The notes beneath the pieces were generated by a model. That model saw nothing but the letters and a program-made list of their open reading frames with translations, was not told where the DNA came from and searched no databases. A stretch of DNA of 64,000 bases from positions 2,108,001-2,172,000 of the forward strand of contig OX597830.1 in the NCBI GenBank assembly GCA_951406725.2, in the 5' to 3' direction. The DNA is from Octopus vulgaris. Its lineage: Eukaryota. Below, one piece after another: positions 14,628-29,645 of the stretch (its first letter is position 1; every line of letters starts with the position of its first letter). Position numbers and translations under genes: made by a program.

Positions 14628-15896
14628 GTAGGATAGTGAGAAATACACCCACCCACACATACACATACACACCGGTACATGCTCACACACAGATACGTGT
14701 ATATATATATACCAATTAAGGACTGAACACGAAAAGTGGACAGTCAACATGCTAGATATAGACGTCAAATCGCCACAGAAGAGAAATCGCCATTCTCCAC
14801 AAAAGTACATGGGTAATTATTTTATTTCGTATATTTTCACTTGTTTATTGCTATGGTTTTGTGCTGAGTTTGATCTGAGAACATAATCTTTTGTGGAGAA
14901 TGGCGATTTGACGTCTATATCTAGCATGTTGACTGCCCACTTTTCGTGTTCAGTCCTTAATTGGTATATATAAATATTTTAATCTTCGGATTCTTTTTTA
15001 ATATGCTAGACCACTGGTCTTAATTGATAAACATCAATTTCTACCCTTAATTATATATATATATATATATATAATTATGATATAGGGTTAATTGCAACAA
15101 GTTGCTCAAAACAACGCACCAAAAATATTAGAAATAGCAGCTAAATAGGTCACCATCACTACTACTAGAAAAATAATTCTCCACAAACAAACAGAATTTG
15201 TAACCCGTATGTGGTAAAGAGAAAGAAGATAACGAAATCCCAGCCTATTTGGATTAATTATGAACGAATCCGTTTCTGGATTAGAATCGAAAGTTCATTT
15301 CCTTATCAACATAATATTTCCTATAAATCTAGAAATGCTAGGAAAAAACTCGACCAGGCGACATCGAACGATATAACAGTCTGCCAGCATCTCCACATTT
15401 ATATAGACAGGCGAATTCGTATCTCCCTCCAAAATTTCACCACGTGAGTTACAAAAACAGTACCACCGAAAAGAAGTTTCGCAGATTCATTGTATGGGAG
15501 TAATAGTATTCGATACACATAAAGGGTGAAATATAATTAATTTAATAAAATTAATATAATTGTGGAGATGCTGGCAGACCGTTAGATCGTTCGATGTCGC
15601 CTGGTCGAGTTGATGTAATGGGTGAGTTTTTTCCTAGCATTTCTAGATTTATAGGAAATATTATATTGACAAGGAAATGAACTTTCGGTTCTAATCCAGA
15701 AACGATTTCGTCTATAATTAATCCAATAGGCTGGGATTTCGTTGTCTTCTTTCTCTTTACCACATACGGGTTACAAATTCTGTTTGTTTGTGGAGACTTA
15801 TTTTTCTAGTAGTAGCAATAGTGACCTATTTGGCTGCTATTTCTAATATTTTCGGTATGTTGTTTTGAGCAACTTGTTGCAATTAACCCTATATCA

Positions 15897-15955
<59 letters not shown>

Positions 15956-16024
15956 GTATCTGTGTGTGAGCATGTACCGGTGTGTATGTGTATGTGTGGG
16001 TGGGTGTATTTCTCACTATCCTAC
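14628..16024. repeat. Nested inverted-repeat complex
   Basis: Outer arms 14628-14700 and 15952-16024 are exact reverse complements (73 bp). Inner pair A is 14704-14805 / 14888-14972. Inner pair B is about 15070-15400 / 15557-15902, diverged and with one indel. The blocks are separated by (TA)n. Confidence 0.92.
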
Positions 16025-16064
16025 AACTTGTTACAATTAACACTTTATTATAACTATATATAAT

Positions 16065-16474
<410 letters not shown>

Positions 16475-16480
16475 TTGTCA

Positions 16481-16711
16481 GGTAGTGAGCTGGCAGAAAC
16501 GTAAGCACTCCGGGCGAAATGCGTAGCCGTATTTCGTTTGCCGTTACGTTCTGATTTCAAATTCCGCCGAGGTCGACTTTGCATTTCATCCTTTGGTGGT
16601 CGATAAATTAAGTACCAGTTACGCACTGGGGTCGATGTAATTAACTTAATCCATTTGTCTGTCCTTGTTTGTCCCCTCTATGTTTAGCCCCTTGTGGGTA
16701 GTAAAGAAATA
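16481..16711 (+). mobile_element. tRNA-derived SINE, near full length
   Basis: ggtagtgagctggcagaa (A-box-like)...gatttcaaattcc (B-box-like)-gccgaggtcgactttgcatttcatcctttggtggtcgataaattaagtaccagt, then tail gtttagccccttgtgggtagtaaagaaata. Closely matches 57178-57411. Confidence 0.9.
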
Positions 16712-17134
16712 TATATATATATATTTGTGCGTGTGTGCGTGTATGCTGAGAAAGACAATAGAGAGATGGAGGGTGATATAGATCGAGGTAAAGATTGTAT
16801 TACTGTAATATTCTCTTTGTTAAATGCTCGAAGTTCGGTAAGTTTTATTGATGATGCCATATGTAAGGCAATCAGTAATCCTCGCCAAAACCCGCGTTTT
16901 AACGTGGAGTGTCGTCATTAATGATCGTCGCAAGAAATATTCTATTTCAAATACTTTTGGTTCTTGTTTTTAAACACACACACACACACGCACGTGCACG
17001 CGCACTCATGCACGCGGATATAAAAAGCTATATATACATGCGAATCATGTAAATATGTCTTCATACATGCACGTATATATAAAAATAAATGTATACACAT
17101 GTATACCTGCATATGTTTGTACATATATATATAC

Positions 17135-17168
<34 letters not shown>

Positions 17169-17879
17169 ATACACATAAATTTCTACCTTCACACACACAC
17201 ACATGCATATGAATATTTATATGTATTCGAATACATTATATATGTACATTTATATATGTATTTGTGTATATATGTATATATACATATAAATGCACACACA
17301 CAGATGGATAGATAGATAGATAGACAGATAGAACAGAGAGACAGACCATACAAAACCATGCAAAACATACTTTTGTAACAATAAGTAAGTTAGAAAATAT
17401 CAAAAAGAAAGCTGAAAACAACAAAAAAGTTCCTTTCTGCCGGGAATCTTTCACCATTGTACATGTGTACGTATCAACAAAAGATGTTATTCATATTCCA
17501 TTCATACAAAAGAGTCTTCAGCATATTGTTTTCAGAATACATCGCTTTTGAGAAACATTTTCCACCTGAAGCAGTTTGATTCAATTTTAAATCTCAAATT
17601 CAAAAAATACTACGTTTGTTGTTTAGCTTCAAGTCATTGCTGATTGATCAATGTTTCCATCCATGACCATCCTGTCATGCTTTCATACAATATATTCAGG
17701 TGTACTTTATTGAACGTATTCTATTTCTTAAGAGTAAGATATGGTTTGAAGGAAATTGGACAGGTCTTTCTAGCAGAGTTGTTAGTGCATTGCTTTCAAA
17801 AGTATGGCAAACTATGGAATATTTTTATGCTGATAGTCAAGAGGAACTACATGCGACATTCTTTTACAGAGTATTCAAC

Positions 17880-19900
17880 AAACTAGATGTGTGGCCTGTT
17901 TTCCTTGCAAGGGAGTGCATTCTACAAGAGATAGTGAAATGCATGAGTGTTGGTTTGGATGTGGGTCAAACATTGTGTTATTCAATAAATCAGAACCTAA
18001 GTGGCGGGGACAATTTCTACAATTTCTAGCATCTGGTAATTTGGCATGTCTCATGGAAGTTACTAGTGGAGGGTAGTACCTTTTTGCATTCGATGTCCAG
18101 AATGTGTATCTCATCGAGTGTCCAGTCCAATATTCCACTGCAAAAGCATTGTAGATAGGGTCTTGCTAAATGCAGACAGCGCTGACTTCCATATTTTTCG
18201 GATTTTACAGAAGCACACTTTTGTTATTCTGGGATAAGTCACAGCATCAACGTATGCAACATTCTCATCGATTCCGAGACATTTGTAGTTTTCATCATTA
18301 GAGAGAGGGGAGATGGAGAAGCCATTGCTGTACATACTCTATGTCCGTTCGACAGACTATTACGTTTGGGCATTTATCTTATTCTTCATTCCTGTGGCTC
18401 ATGAGAATGTTGTGACTACTTCTAATGGTCTCCCGATGTTCGGTATGTTACAAGAATATTACTTTGGGTCATGTACGAAGAATGTGTGGGTGACGTTCTA
18501 CTCTTTTCTGAATATCTTAGTATGTAACCATGCCATTTTGTTAACAGAGCTGACAGGAGGTTCACTACCTCTACAAACAACATTGCAAATAGATCATCAC
18601 CTTAGAATATGGCTGTTGGTAGCTTAATTGTGTTTGCATCATTAGGTGTTGCTTTAGTAGTTGTCATTGAGAACTGTGTGGACCACTTTGTGGCCATTCT
18701 TTCAATAGCATTCACTATTACAGCTGGTACTTTGACAAGAGTGAAGCACCTGAGTCGAATGCCTTCTTTTAGTCTAGTCTTATTGTTAAGATATTACGGT
18801 AATGTGGTTTGGCTTCCTTAAGGACAACTTTGTTGCTTGAAGAGGAGCTGTTCAGCACAGTCCCAGACTCCTTTCTGTCCTCCTTCTAGTTAACTATTTG
18901 TTTAGCAGTGGTCTTGGAGATATATATTCAGACAACCTGCGTACAGTTTGTATATAATACTCAACCAGATTATGGGACTGACTTATGGCCCTGTGGGTCT
19001 CTTTTTTTTCCATGTGGATAAGCGTAGTCCGTGCAACTGTCAGCCAATCTGGTAAATCTAGTCCATTGTTTGTTTTTTGTGTTTTCTTTTTTTTGTTAAA
19101 TAAACAGGGTCGTTAGAATTTCCCTGTAGAATGTGAGCTTTTAAACCAGTAGCATACTATGTGGTCCCTTCTAGGTGCTTTTTCACTCGGCAGTTGCATA
19201 ATAACCGTTAGGTGTATTTCACCGGGGAAATTATATATTGTTGGAGAGGCATTACGCTTTATTTCGTTTAGCCATGCTACATTGCGATTTTGGCTTTCGT
19301 TTTCATTCCACATTCCTCACCAGAATGGACTCTAGGCTTTCCTGGGTAGGAGCGTTTACTACCTTGATGATATCTCTTTCATACTGCAGCATAGAGTTTG
19401 TGCGTTTCGGACAAACTTTTGGTTTAACATCTTTCGTTCGTGTAGTTCTTTACCATAGCAAATTTTCTCTCTTACGGCAGAGAGATTGCGTTTGAGGGTG
19501 ATTAGTTTGCTTATGAGTGTCACTCGACAGCAGTTCTCGTAGTTTCAAGAATCTATCATGCAGCTGTTGCTGGTGACTCGGGAACTCATTTTTAGCTTTG
19601 CATTTGATGATAAGGTCCAACTGTTTTATTTTTTTAGGTTCATTTGAGCCAGTTGATGAACAAAGATAATCCATTTGGGTTCAGTATTATCATTTGGATT
19701 AGTTTCTTTTACTCCCATATGTTGGTGCTCAATATAGCAGAACATTTATTACCCAAAACCTATTCGAGTAGTGGTGATGACTTGTTGTTGTTCTGTCCGT
19801 CCTGGTTGTGCTTCTTCTCATTGACAGTCTCTTCGCGGAAAACGTTTACTCTGTTGCTAATAATGGCTGAGTAATTTGGTTTATTAGGGTGGCATATTTC
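17880..19900 (-). mobile_element. Decayed RLE-type non-LTR retrotransposon (RT region)
   Basis: Minus-strand frames give KAPRRDHIVCYWFK (RT region 0), PIIWLSIIYKLYAGCLNIYLQDHC and GGQKGVW.CAEQLL (RT 0-1), and YKCLGIDEN..RITK..KIRKIWKSALSAFSK (RT7/thumb). Many stops and frameshifts. Confidence 0.8.
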
Positions 19901-20143
19901 TTTTCAGCACATGTAGTTTATTGGTGTAATTATGTTTCTGAAAAATTTGAAATGTTGGCTGTTTCTTATCCCAATATTCCGTACGTATCTTCATGAACGT
20001 CTGCATGTATGTATTTATGTCATTGTTCAATTTTATTTGAAGATCTCTCACCAAAAGAAAGAGAGCCGGTTTCTAACGAAGATTCAGTGCTCCTTCATTA
20101 GAATTTTCACGTCAACAACGGGGTATTTTTGTTTGTATGCATG

Positions 20144-20177
<34 letters not shown>

Positions 20178-20224
20178 TGTATGTATTACGTACGTACATA
20201 CGTATGTATGTCTGTATGTATGTG

Positions 20225-21400
20225 AGTAGATTTGCATGTTTGCTTTAAGTTGTATTCTCATGCATATAGTTGCATATCTAAACATGCTCATGTATATTTA
20301 AATAATAAACTTTTAGAAATTTTTACAGATTTTTACAGTTCCAGCAATAGAATAAGCTTTCTCATGTGTGGTTTTGAGAAGCCTAATTACACAAGACTGG
20401 TATTTAGGCAGTGTTTTACAGATCCCAGGGCCCCAATAATTACAGGTATAAACCTGAACTTGTAATCTCGACAGAGTAACTGCAGATTTCTCAATAGTTC
20501 TGCATAGGTGTTCTCTTTTTCACATATGAGTAAATAATATCGTGATGAGATCGTCGGACAACTGCTTACGATATGGGCGATATCGTCAGTGTTAACTCCA
20601 CAAAGTCTGCATCGGTTGTCACATTTTACAGCTTTTCCCGCATCTCTATCGCTTTTGTGCATCAGGTATTTGACTGATATTTCCTGTTCCTGGATTGCAA
20701 GCACACATCCTTCAAACTGGGAGGTAGTAATCCGGCTAGTGGTCCTTGATAAACTGCTCTGATGATCAATGTTACTATCATCTCGGAGCTTTTTGCGAAC
20801 TTAGTCTTCTGCTCATATATGCTCATCCTTTCTTCTGATATGTTTCGGTAGAGTCGTGCTTTCCAAGTCTTATGATGTTATCAGCCTCATGTATTCAAAA
20901 TTGGTCCGGGGGTGCACTTTGACACTTGGTGGTTAAAAGGTGATGCAGAAGGAGTATGATATAACATTCAAAGGTATTTTGGATCGATGTTAAGCCTCTG
21001 CCGCCTTGTTTTCGTTTTAGGTAGAGGCGGTTTACGTCACTGTTTATGTGGAAATTATGAGTGCTTCTTAGTAGTTTCCAGGTTTACACATCAATGGCTC
21101 GGATCTCATCAAGCGTCCAATTAATTGTTGATATGAGTACTGGCACTGCAAGCACATTTTGGGCCACTGCTTTATTGAACGCAGTCAGTTCTGAAGTCAG
21201 AATTTTCTTTATTCTGCTGGAATATTCTTTAGTGACACGTATTTTGTTACATGTGCAACCTCTAGGTACCGGTAACACTTCTCGTCAGATACAGGGGAGT
21301 AAGTCAAATCATTGATGGAGATGTTGCTTGTCTGGTTTATAGTTTTCTCCCTTTTCACAACCATATAACAACATGTGTGTATGTAATTGAATCGTTCAGA
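20225..21400 (-). mobile_element. Decayed RLE-type non-LTR retrotransposon (thumb, CCHC knuckle, endonuclease end)
   Basis: TKEYSSRIKKILTSELTAFNK; HINSDVNRLYLKRKQGGRGL; AIQEQEI..CRLC...DIAHIVSSCP (CCHC); YAELLRNLQLL..YKFRFIPVIIGALG. The 3' side abuts (CATA)n at about 20137-20225. Confidence 0.88.
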
Positions 21401-22599
21401 AGACAGTTATTTGAAAGATTTGCAGTGTGAGGAATTTATCATTATTAAAGTTCTAAAAATGTTCTTTACTCTCTGATGTTCTTCTTGCTTTCTTGTTTTC
21501 CCCCTTTGATGATTGTTCTTTTTTTTCACTATATTTTAGATAATTTCTTGAAATTTTAATATCTACTTATTTTTTACTGTACAAGAAAATTTTATCTATG
21601 TGTTCAACTGCTACCTGGATGAAACAGCTAGCTGTGTACGTGGCTAAAAGAGATATACTTGCCAAATTTATATCATATGTTTATCAGCATTTCATTTGAA
21701 TGTATCAGTTAAATGTAAAGGAAACTGAAGCTAAAACATGAGTTTGTCCCCTATCACTCGTTCGACATGAACATAAAGCGTGTGAATTTATGTAAGAAAA
21801 TGAAACAAAGGACATTTATATTTTTGTCAAGTTTATCGGCTCGTTGTGGATTAACTTTACCGATCCTACTACAGTAGTCAGGGCCATTGTTATAAGACTA
21901 ATAGGATAAGGTTCTATTTAAAATTTGAGAAAACAAAAAGAAGCTGGATTTTAAAACACTAAATCATATATACAAAAACATTGCTCCATATCAATCCTTT
22001 CATGTTGCTAGCTTAAAAATAGTGAAGAAATGGACTGGTCCCGACATCTGATGTGAGTTAGAAAGGAGAAGTGAAACTGGGGTTACAGCTTCTCATGGAA
22101 CTACCGGATATCCTTGAGGTAAAGTTTCTCTTTTGCTAAGAACTGATGGGAAATCTTCTGAGTGGTTAAATATATTCTTAGTAAATTTACGTTAACTTCA
22201 ATTTACAACTAATTAACTTTTGATTGTTATTACTTCACATTAAAACTTGACTATCTGAGATTCAAAAACTTTTAATGGAATAATAATAAGTCAAGCTTCT
22301 TCATTAATAGGAATCTTTTGTTCACGTGGAAGACATTTCTCAGCTTAAAACGGTTCCTTTAGAATTTGGTGCCTGAGACCAATGAAGCCAGAGGATTTTC
22401 AGAGAACTAATGTTATGCCAAGAATACTTGAATTATAAAAAATGTTCAGTGGAATTTAATTTCTGAAATACACTCAAATTGTAGAATAGTTTCAGATTTT
22501 GATGATAGTTGCATAGAAGATTAAGGCTATAAGAAACTTTGTTAGAGTTCATTGGATGTATTCAGTTTAATGAGAGCAATTTCATCGTCTAACATCTTT

Positions 22600-23030
22600 C
22601 AGTGTAGTAACTTATTGTTTAAATTCTTCATTTTAAGGAATAAGTTTTTGGAAGAACATTTCAATGTTTCAGTTTCCCAGAGGAAAAGTTTACAATTTCA
22701 GTTAAAGTCATCAATGAAAATTTCACAGTGTAAAATTTCTCCGCAATAAGTTTAGCAATATAAACCTCCTAATTGATTTACAGACTAAAACACCATTAAA
22801 GTTTTCTGGTCGAAAATCAATCAGCATGAGGATTGCAGCCTTCGATATCTCAGTGCAGGTTTATAGCGTATAAAACTCTTTAGCAAACATGCATAACAAC
22901 TCAGTGAACGTTTTGTCTTCTAAAGCTTCCTCAGTGGAAGTTTTTCAGCCTAAAAACACACCAGTGACTGTTTAACAATGTAAAACTCCTCACCTAAAGA
23001 CTTCCGGTCTAAAACATTTTAGGAAAAAAA
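22600..23030. repeat. Highly degenerate ~30-bp minisatellite
   Basis: Recurrent cagtgaa..ttt.cag..taaaac.cct motifs at roughly 30-bp spacing, judged by eye. Confidence 0.4.
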
Positions 23031-26000
23031 TCAAAAATCTAGTCAAAAATTTTCTCTGTAGAAATTTAGTGATTTAATGGAAATGTTTTCACTTTATGTC
23101 TGTTAAATGTAACTTCCATTTTTATTATTACCGTATTGGTTTCCATACATTATCTTTCATTGTAACCAAATTTTCAAAGGATTAAGCAGGCTTATAAATA
23201 TTAAATCCATTTGTTTCCATTATATTTTGTGGTTTCTCCTTTCTTCTGCCCTCGTTTTTTTTCTATTGTTCGTTAGATTAAAATTTTTACTTGTTTCGTT
23301 TTATCCTTTATTTGCTTTCGTATTTTATCGCATTATTTTCTTTTATTTGTTTTTCCATTTTTTATTTTTAGATTTTCTTTACTATTTTAAAAATGATTTT
23401 GTTTTGTTTCTGTGTTGTTTTGATTTGTCAGAAGAGCCAACCTTTGTTGCAACAACAGCTCTGCCATTGTTTATTCATAATTAATTATTAGATCCATTCA
23501 TTTTGATGACTGGTCGTTGCATCAACAACATCGTCATCCTCCTCCTACTCCACCGCTTCCACCTCCTCCTCCTCTTCCTCATCATTATCAGTGTTGTAAC
23601 GATGCCATTCCTAAAACTATCATCATTGCATGAATTTCTACATCTTTATCCTTCCCAATTACTCTCCCTCACCCTCTCCTTTCCTGTCTCTCTTTTACTC
23701 TCTCCCACCCCCTCCCTCTCTCTATTTCTCTAGCTAGCTGTCTTTCTGTTTCTCCCCACTCGTTAACCCCACCAGACAATTTTTCATCATTATCATGTTT
23801 ACCATTCCGGAGTCAATAGAAATGGTAGCATGTTGGACTTATTGACTTAGATTCCTTTCTTAAATATGCGATTACATTTTAAGTTCAAATTCCAACAACC
23901 ATCACATCAGCTTTCAAGTCTAAATCTAACGCTGAACTTCTTTGCATTAACTGTCTCACCCCAACCCTTCAATGGTTCATTCTGTCACTAACACAGAAGT
24001 TATTTTGAATAAAATAATAGAAAGTGGTATGATGCAATACTTTTTAAAATAATTATTTTATTGTACACAGATAATCTAATTCCTAAATGAAGTTTCGGTA
24101 AAACTGTCCATGTCAGAATTCATGTGAATTATAATAATTATATTTTTATAATTCATATGAATTTTATGTGAATTAGAGTAATTAATCAGATTGTAGATAA
24201 TTCCTTTGCACATCCTTTCTTTGTTTGCTGTCAAAGAGGTGAAATTCGCTTCAACATTGGTCATCCATCCTTTCGAGTGTCGTTATGGCCATTTAAACCC
24301 TACGGTCAATTGCCAGAGCTACTTCGAAATTTCATCTGACTAGTATGGCATTGTCTTTAGCACTATATTCTGTTTCCTCTCTCTCTCCTCTCACTTTCTC
24401 TTTCATCTGGTAATAGCGTCAATTTTAAAACATTGTGCCAAATGGTGTTCAATTATTTTATTCAATTTTTCAATTTTATGCAGCTTTGTATGATTCCGTG
24501 ATATTTTAAAAATAACAATAAGAACAAAACTATTCGTTGAATTAATAATCTCGCCCAAGATACACCATGGCTGCAAGCATGGAACAGTCAAGTTTGACAT
24601 GCAGTTGACCCTTGTGTGCTTGATCAGAAATTTTTACATGGCTAAATGGTAACTACTACTACTGTTACTACAAACAGTGTCATAAACGCATGAAAGACCA
24701 ATAATATTGGGTTTCTGTCATAGGAAAAGTCACCTATTCGTGGCTATTTCCACCCTCAATTATATCAATCCCAGTAACTTACTTTTATTCTATTTCATCA
24801 ACCTTAAGTTGCAGATAAGATTTCTATTGGTGCAGTTTAATGTCAGAACGTTATGATTTGTAACAAAACACCAACACCTTTAAAATAATATTATTGATAT
24901 TACGAAATATTATTGATATTATGAAATCAAAAATATTGATATTAGGCAATATCAGCTTAAATCGAAGCAGATTTAAAAAGTTGTAGCATTTGTCGAAAGT
25001 AACTGAGTTCCATCCTTAATGGAATTTGTGTCTGGTTTTCATTAACTTGAGTTTCTTGTGTTGCCCGTTTCATGTGGAGGATGTCGTTAAGGTCTCGTCG
25101 TTACTGGAAAATTTGACATAGAAGTCACTCAAATAAGAACCAGGAAAATATGGTACAGACACTGTCTACCCTTTGCATTGAAAGCCTTTCTTTCTTGGAG
25201 AAGAAATATTTTGACTGTTTATCTTTATAATGAGAGAACACGAGTAGCTTTCAGTTTCAAGCTTCACAGCGAGCATCTGTTATTTTTTCCCATACGCTAA
25301 TTGCTAAATTTATTGTAATTATTCTGGCGATTTAAAAGTTCAGAATTTTAGAATTTTAAAAATAATTTGCAAAGAGCATTTGGAAACATTATTCAAATAT
25401 TTTATCGTTGCTAATGAAAAATGTTTATAAGGTTTAAAATATAATTGCTTCAACTTTATTTTATGGGTACGTGTAAAAATCAGAGATTATTCCAATAAAC
25501 CTTGTTCTGTAGAAAATCTAGAAGCTAAGATAACTTATGCAATTCAAACTATAACTGAGAATAATCTGTCAAATGAATTTCTAGAATTTCAAATTGTATC
25601 ACGGTTTGTATATGTAATGAAGTAGGAAATTTTTAACCTAAATCTATTTTAAAATGTAATAGATTTTCCCTTATCCTTTCTGCAGATTAACTTTACTCTA
25701 TGCAGAACCCAAATTACATATATTTAAATTTGCTCGAGGATTTAATAGCGACCCGGTATAAATAAAAGGAGACAATTAAATTCAAGGTGAAATTGATGGC
25801 CTTCGTCAATTAATACTCAACATAAACGGCAGACAATATGAAATATATTCATTTGCTGTGAGGAAGAGAATCCTACCAGTAAACTAAGTTGTTTCATTTC
25901 ACAAAACTTCTTATGATTAAAAAGTTAAACTTTGTGAACATTTGTTGGGGGTCGAAGTGCATTGAGGTCAAACTCGATGGAAATTAGAAATTCGTTTGTC

Positions 26001-26100
26001 ATATTCTTTCTTGCGGTTATAATCTCGAAATTGTTATAAAGATAAAAAATATTTTCCTATGTAGAATTAACAAACGATTTCATTTGCTCTCCCTCACTAT

Positions 26101-26134
<34 letters not shown>

Positions 26135-26310
26135 ATACATGTGTGTGTGTGTGTGTGTGCATTCGCGTGCACTAATTTTCGTTTTGACCGAGATTTGTGC
26201 CCGACAATTTATTTACCTAATGTGGTTTAAAAGTTGTTAGTTGAGACTTAAAGAACCCCTCAAAAACGAAATTTATCATAAAATAGCAGCCTTAAATTAA
26301 TACGCACGTA

Positions 26311-26356
<46 letters not shown>

Positions 26357-27590
26357 TACACACATGCACACATACAGTCTTACGTGAATAATTCTTACCT
26401 AAAGCTTTATGATAGAAAGTGATCAATGAAAACTTAGCGTAAATAATATAAAATATAAAGTTAATTATCCTGAAATTTTAAATTAGTCTAGTGATGCTTG
26501 TTTATCAGAATCTTGAAAAAGTGTATAGAAAATTTTCTTCGGGCAATTGTGAAATACTGAAGAAAAATAAGTTCGAGAAGTTTCCTGGAAACAAGACGCT
26601 CTGTGATAAGGCACCAATTTACAAAATTGAAAAAATATCAAGTATATCGGATTAACAGACATAATTCACCCGAAGGTGGTCTCCACTCCAAATTGTTTTA
26701 TTAACTCAGTAGAAATGCTGATGGAGTCTTTTTTAAAATTTTGAATATTTCTTCAAAATGTCCTTCGAGGAAACATGACTGGAAGTTAAACATTTATATT
26801 CTTTTTTCTACATTCACAATAAATTTTCCGTTGGCAACTATTAACTTAGAATTAACATCTCTGCTTTTAATATGATTGGATAGGTTTCATGGATCTACAA
26901 GTAACAAGCTCTGCTTAAATCTGAGTGATTATGCTTTTAATTTAATTATACTTAATTCAGAGTAAGCATTGTAATAATTAAAACAAAGCTTTCTCAGTTA
27001 TGAAGCCGTTCTTTGGTTAATGATACTGCGACACCAATGTAACATAAGTCTGTGTGTGGATTTACACACGCAAACACATATTATGAAAGCAATGAACACA
27101 AAAATAAATCACACATCACTGCAGGGTCAACTTTAGCAAATGTTGCATTGGTTTGTTTAAAGAGAAGGAAAAGTGCTTCAGCTTTTCCAACACTCGTCCT
27201 TCATCAGTAGGAAGGGCAGGAAAATAAAGGATAGAGAATAAGAAAAAAAAATGATTGAAAGAGAAAAAAGGTTAATGGGTAGGGGCCAGGCAGAAAGAAG
27301 GTGCTATAAGGACGTTAGAAATTAAGGAAGAGAGGGGGAGTATAAAGGAGTGTATCCATTATACAGAGGGCATGGTGAAAGGTGTGTGCATGCCGGTAAC
27401 GGTTTCTAAGTCTGGGGAAGAAATGTATAGAAAGATAGGTTTACCATGTAAATGGCGATTATGCATCATCATCTCACTTTAGCTACTAAGAATTAATCTT
27501 ATGGGTTTGGTTTCTCTTTTCTAAAATACATTTTCTAAAATGCATGTAAGCATGTGTGTGCCTTTCTCTGTGTATCTCCTTCTTTCTCTT

Positions 27591-27639
<49 letters not shown>

Positions 27640-27999
27640 TAACTGGTTGTTTCTTTATTGTTAAAAATGTTAACAAATGAGAAACTGCTTCTGTTCAGAA
27701 ATATTATGTGTCATACTTTAGTTTATGATGTGAGCTTTGCAGTCATAAAACCTTAGGCTTGGTTTTTGTAATCTCGAAAACTCTCTGCGGAGTCGCCATA
27801 AATTCTTATGAGTTCCAAGCAAGCATAAATTTTGATGATTCTAAATAGCTGTAAATTCTAAAAACCCATCGACGTTTTAGCATTAAAGACTGTTTATGAA
27901 GTGAAAAAATTGCTGCAGCATGGTAAATGACATCTAATGTCTGATGAGTAATAATAAACTGAAGGAGCAGGTAAATAGCTTCTTCTGTTTTATATGTTA

Positions 28000-28350
28000 T
28001 TCAGAGAAGACATTGCAGTCAGCTTTTAGGGTCGACGCCACCAATATTGGCGAGATTGCTGTCACTGATGTCGCTAATATTTATTTTGAATATTTGCATG
28101 TCAGTGTGAACAGGAATGAAAGAGTCTAAAATGAAATGCAGAATATATTTACTGTGGTCCTTTTGAGATAATTTACAAAGGTGAGGGGACCGGAGGAAGA
28201 ATGAGACAGGAGAATACAATGACTGCAGTTGTGAGTGAAAATCCCAGATGTTGTTTGTGAAGCAGTTGTATCTTCCATCATATCGCATATTGTATTACGT
28301 TGTGGGTCTTATTTTCAAGGCAGATACGTTTACTAACCAAATGTAGTCCC
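28000..28350 (-). mobile_element. Possible LINE APE-endonuclease remnant
   Basis: Minus-strand FFLRSP (cf. LYRSP) and a downstream ADCNV (cf. GDFNV) in the expected order. Very decayed. Confidence 0.35.
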
Positions 28351-28473
28351 CTTAATTAATTTAGCTAATTTGAAGTTTCATATTGCTAGAAGAGCAGTGT
28401 GGGCTGGGTGGTAGGAATATGTAAGGTATACTGATATGTTAAATCAGTGGTCTGATAATGCACGTGACCTGGA

Positions 28474-29563
<1,090 letters not shown>

Positions 29564-29564
29564 C

Positions 29565-29638
<74 letters not shown>

Positions 29639-29645
29639 CATCATT

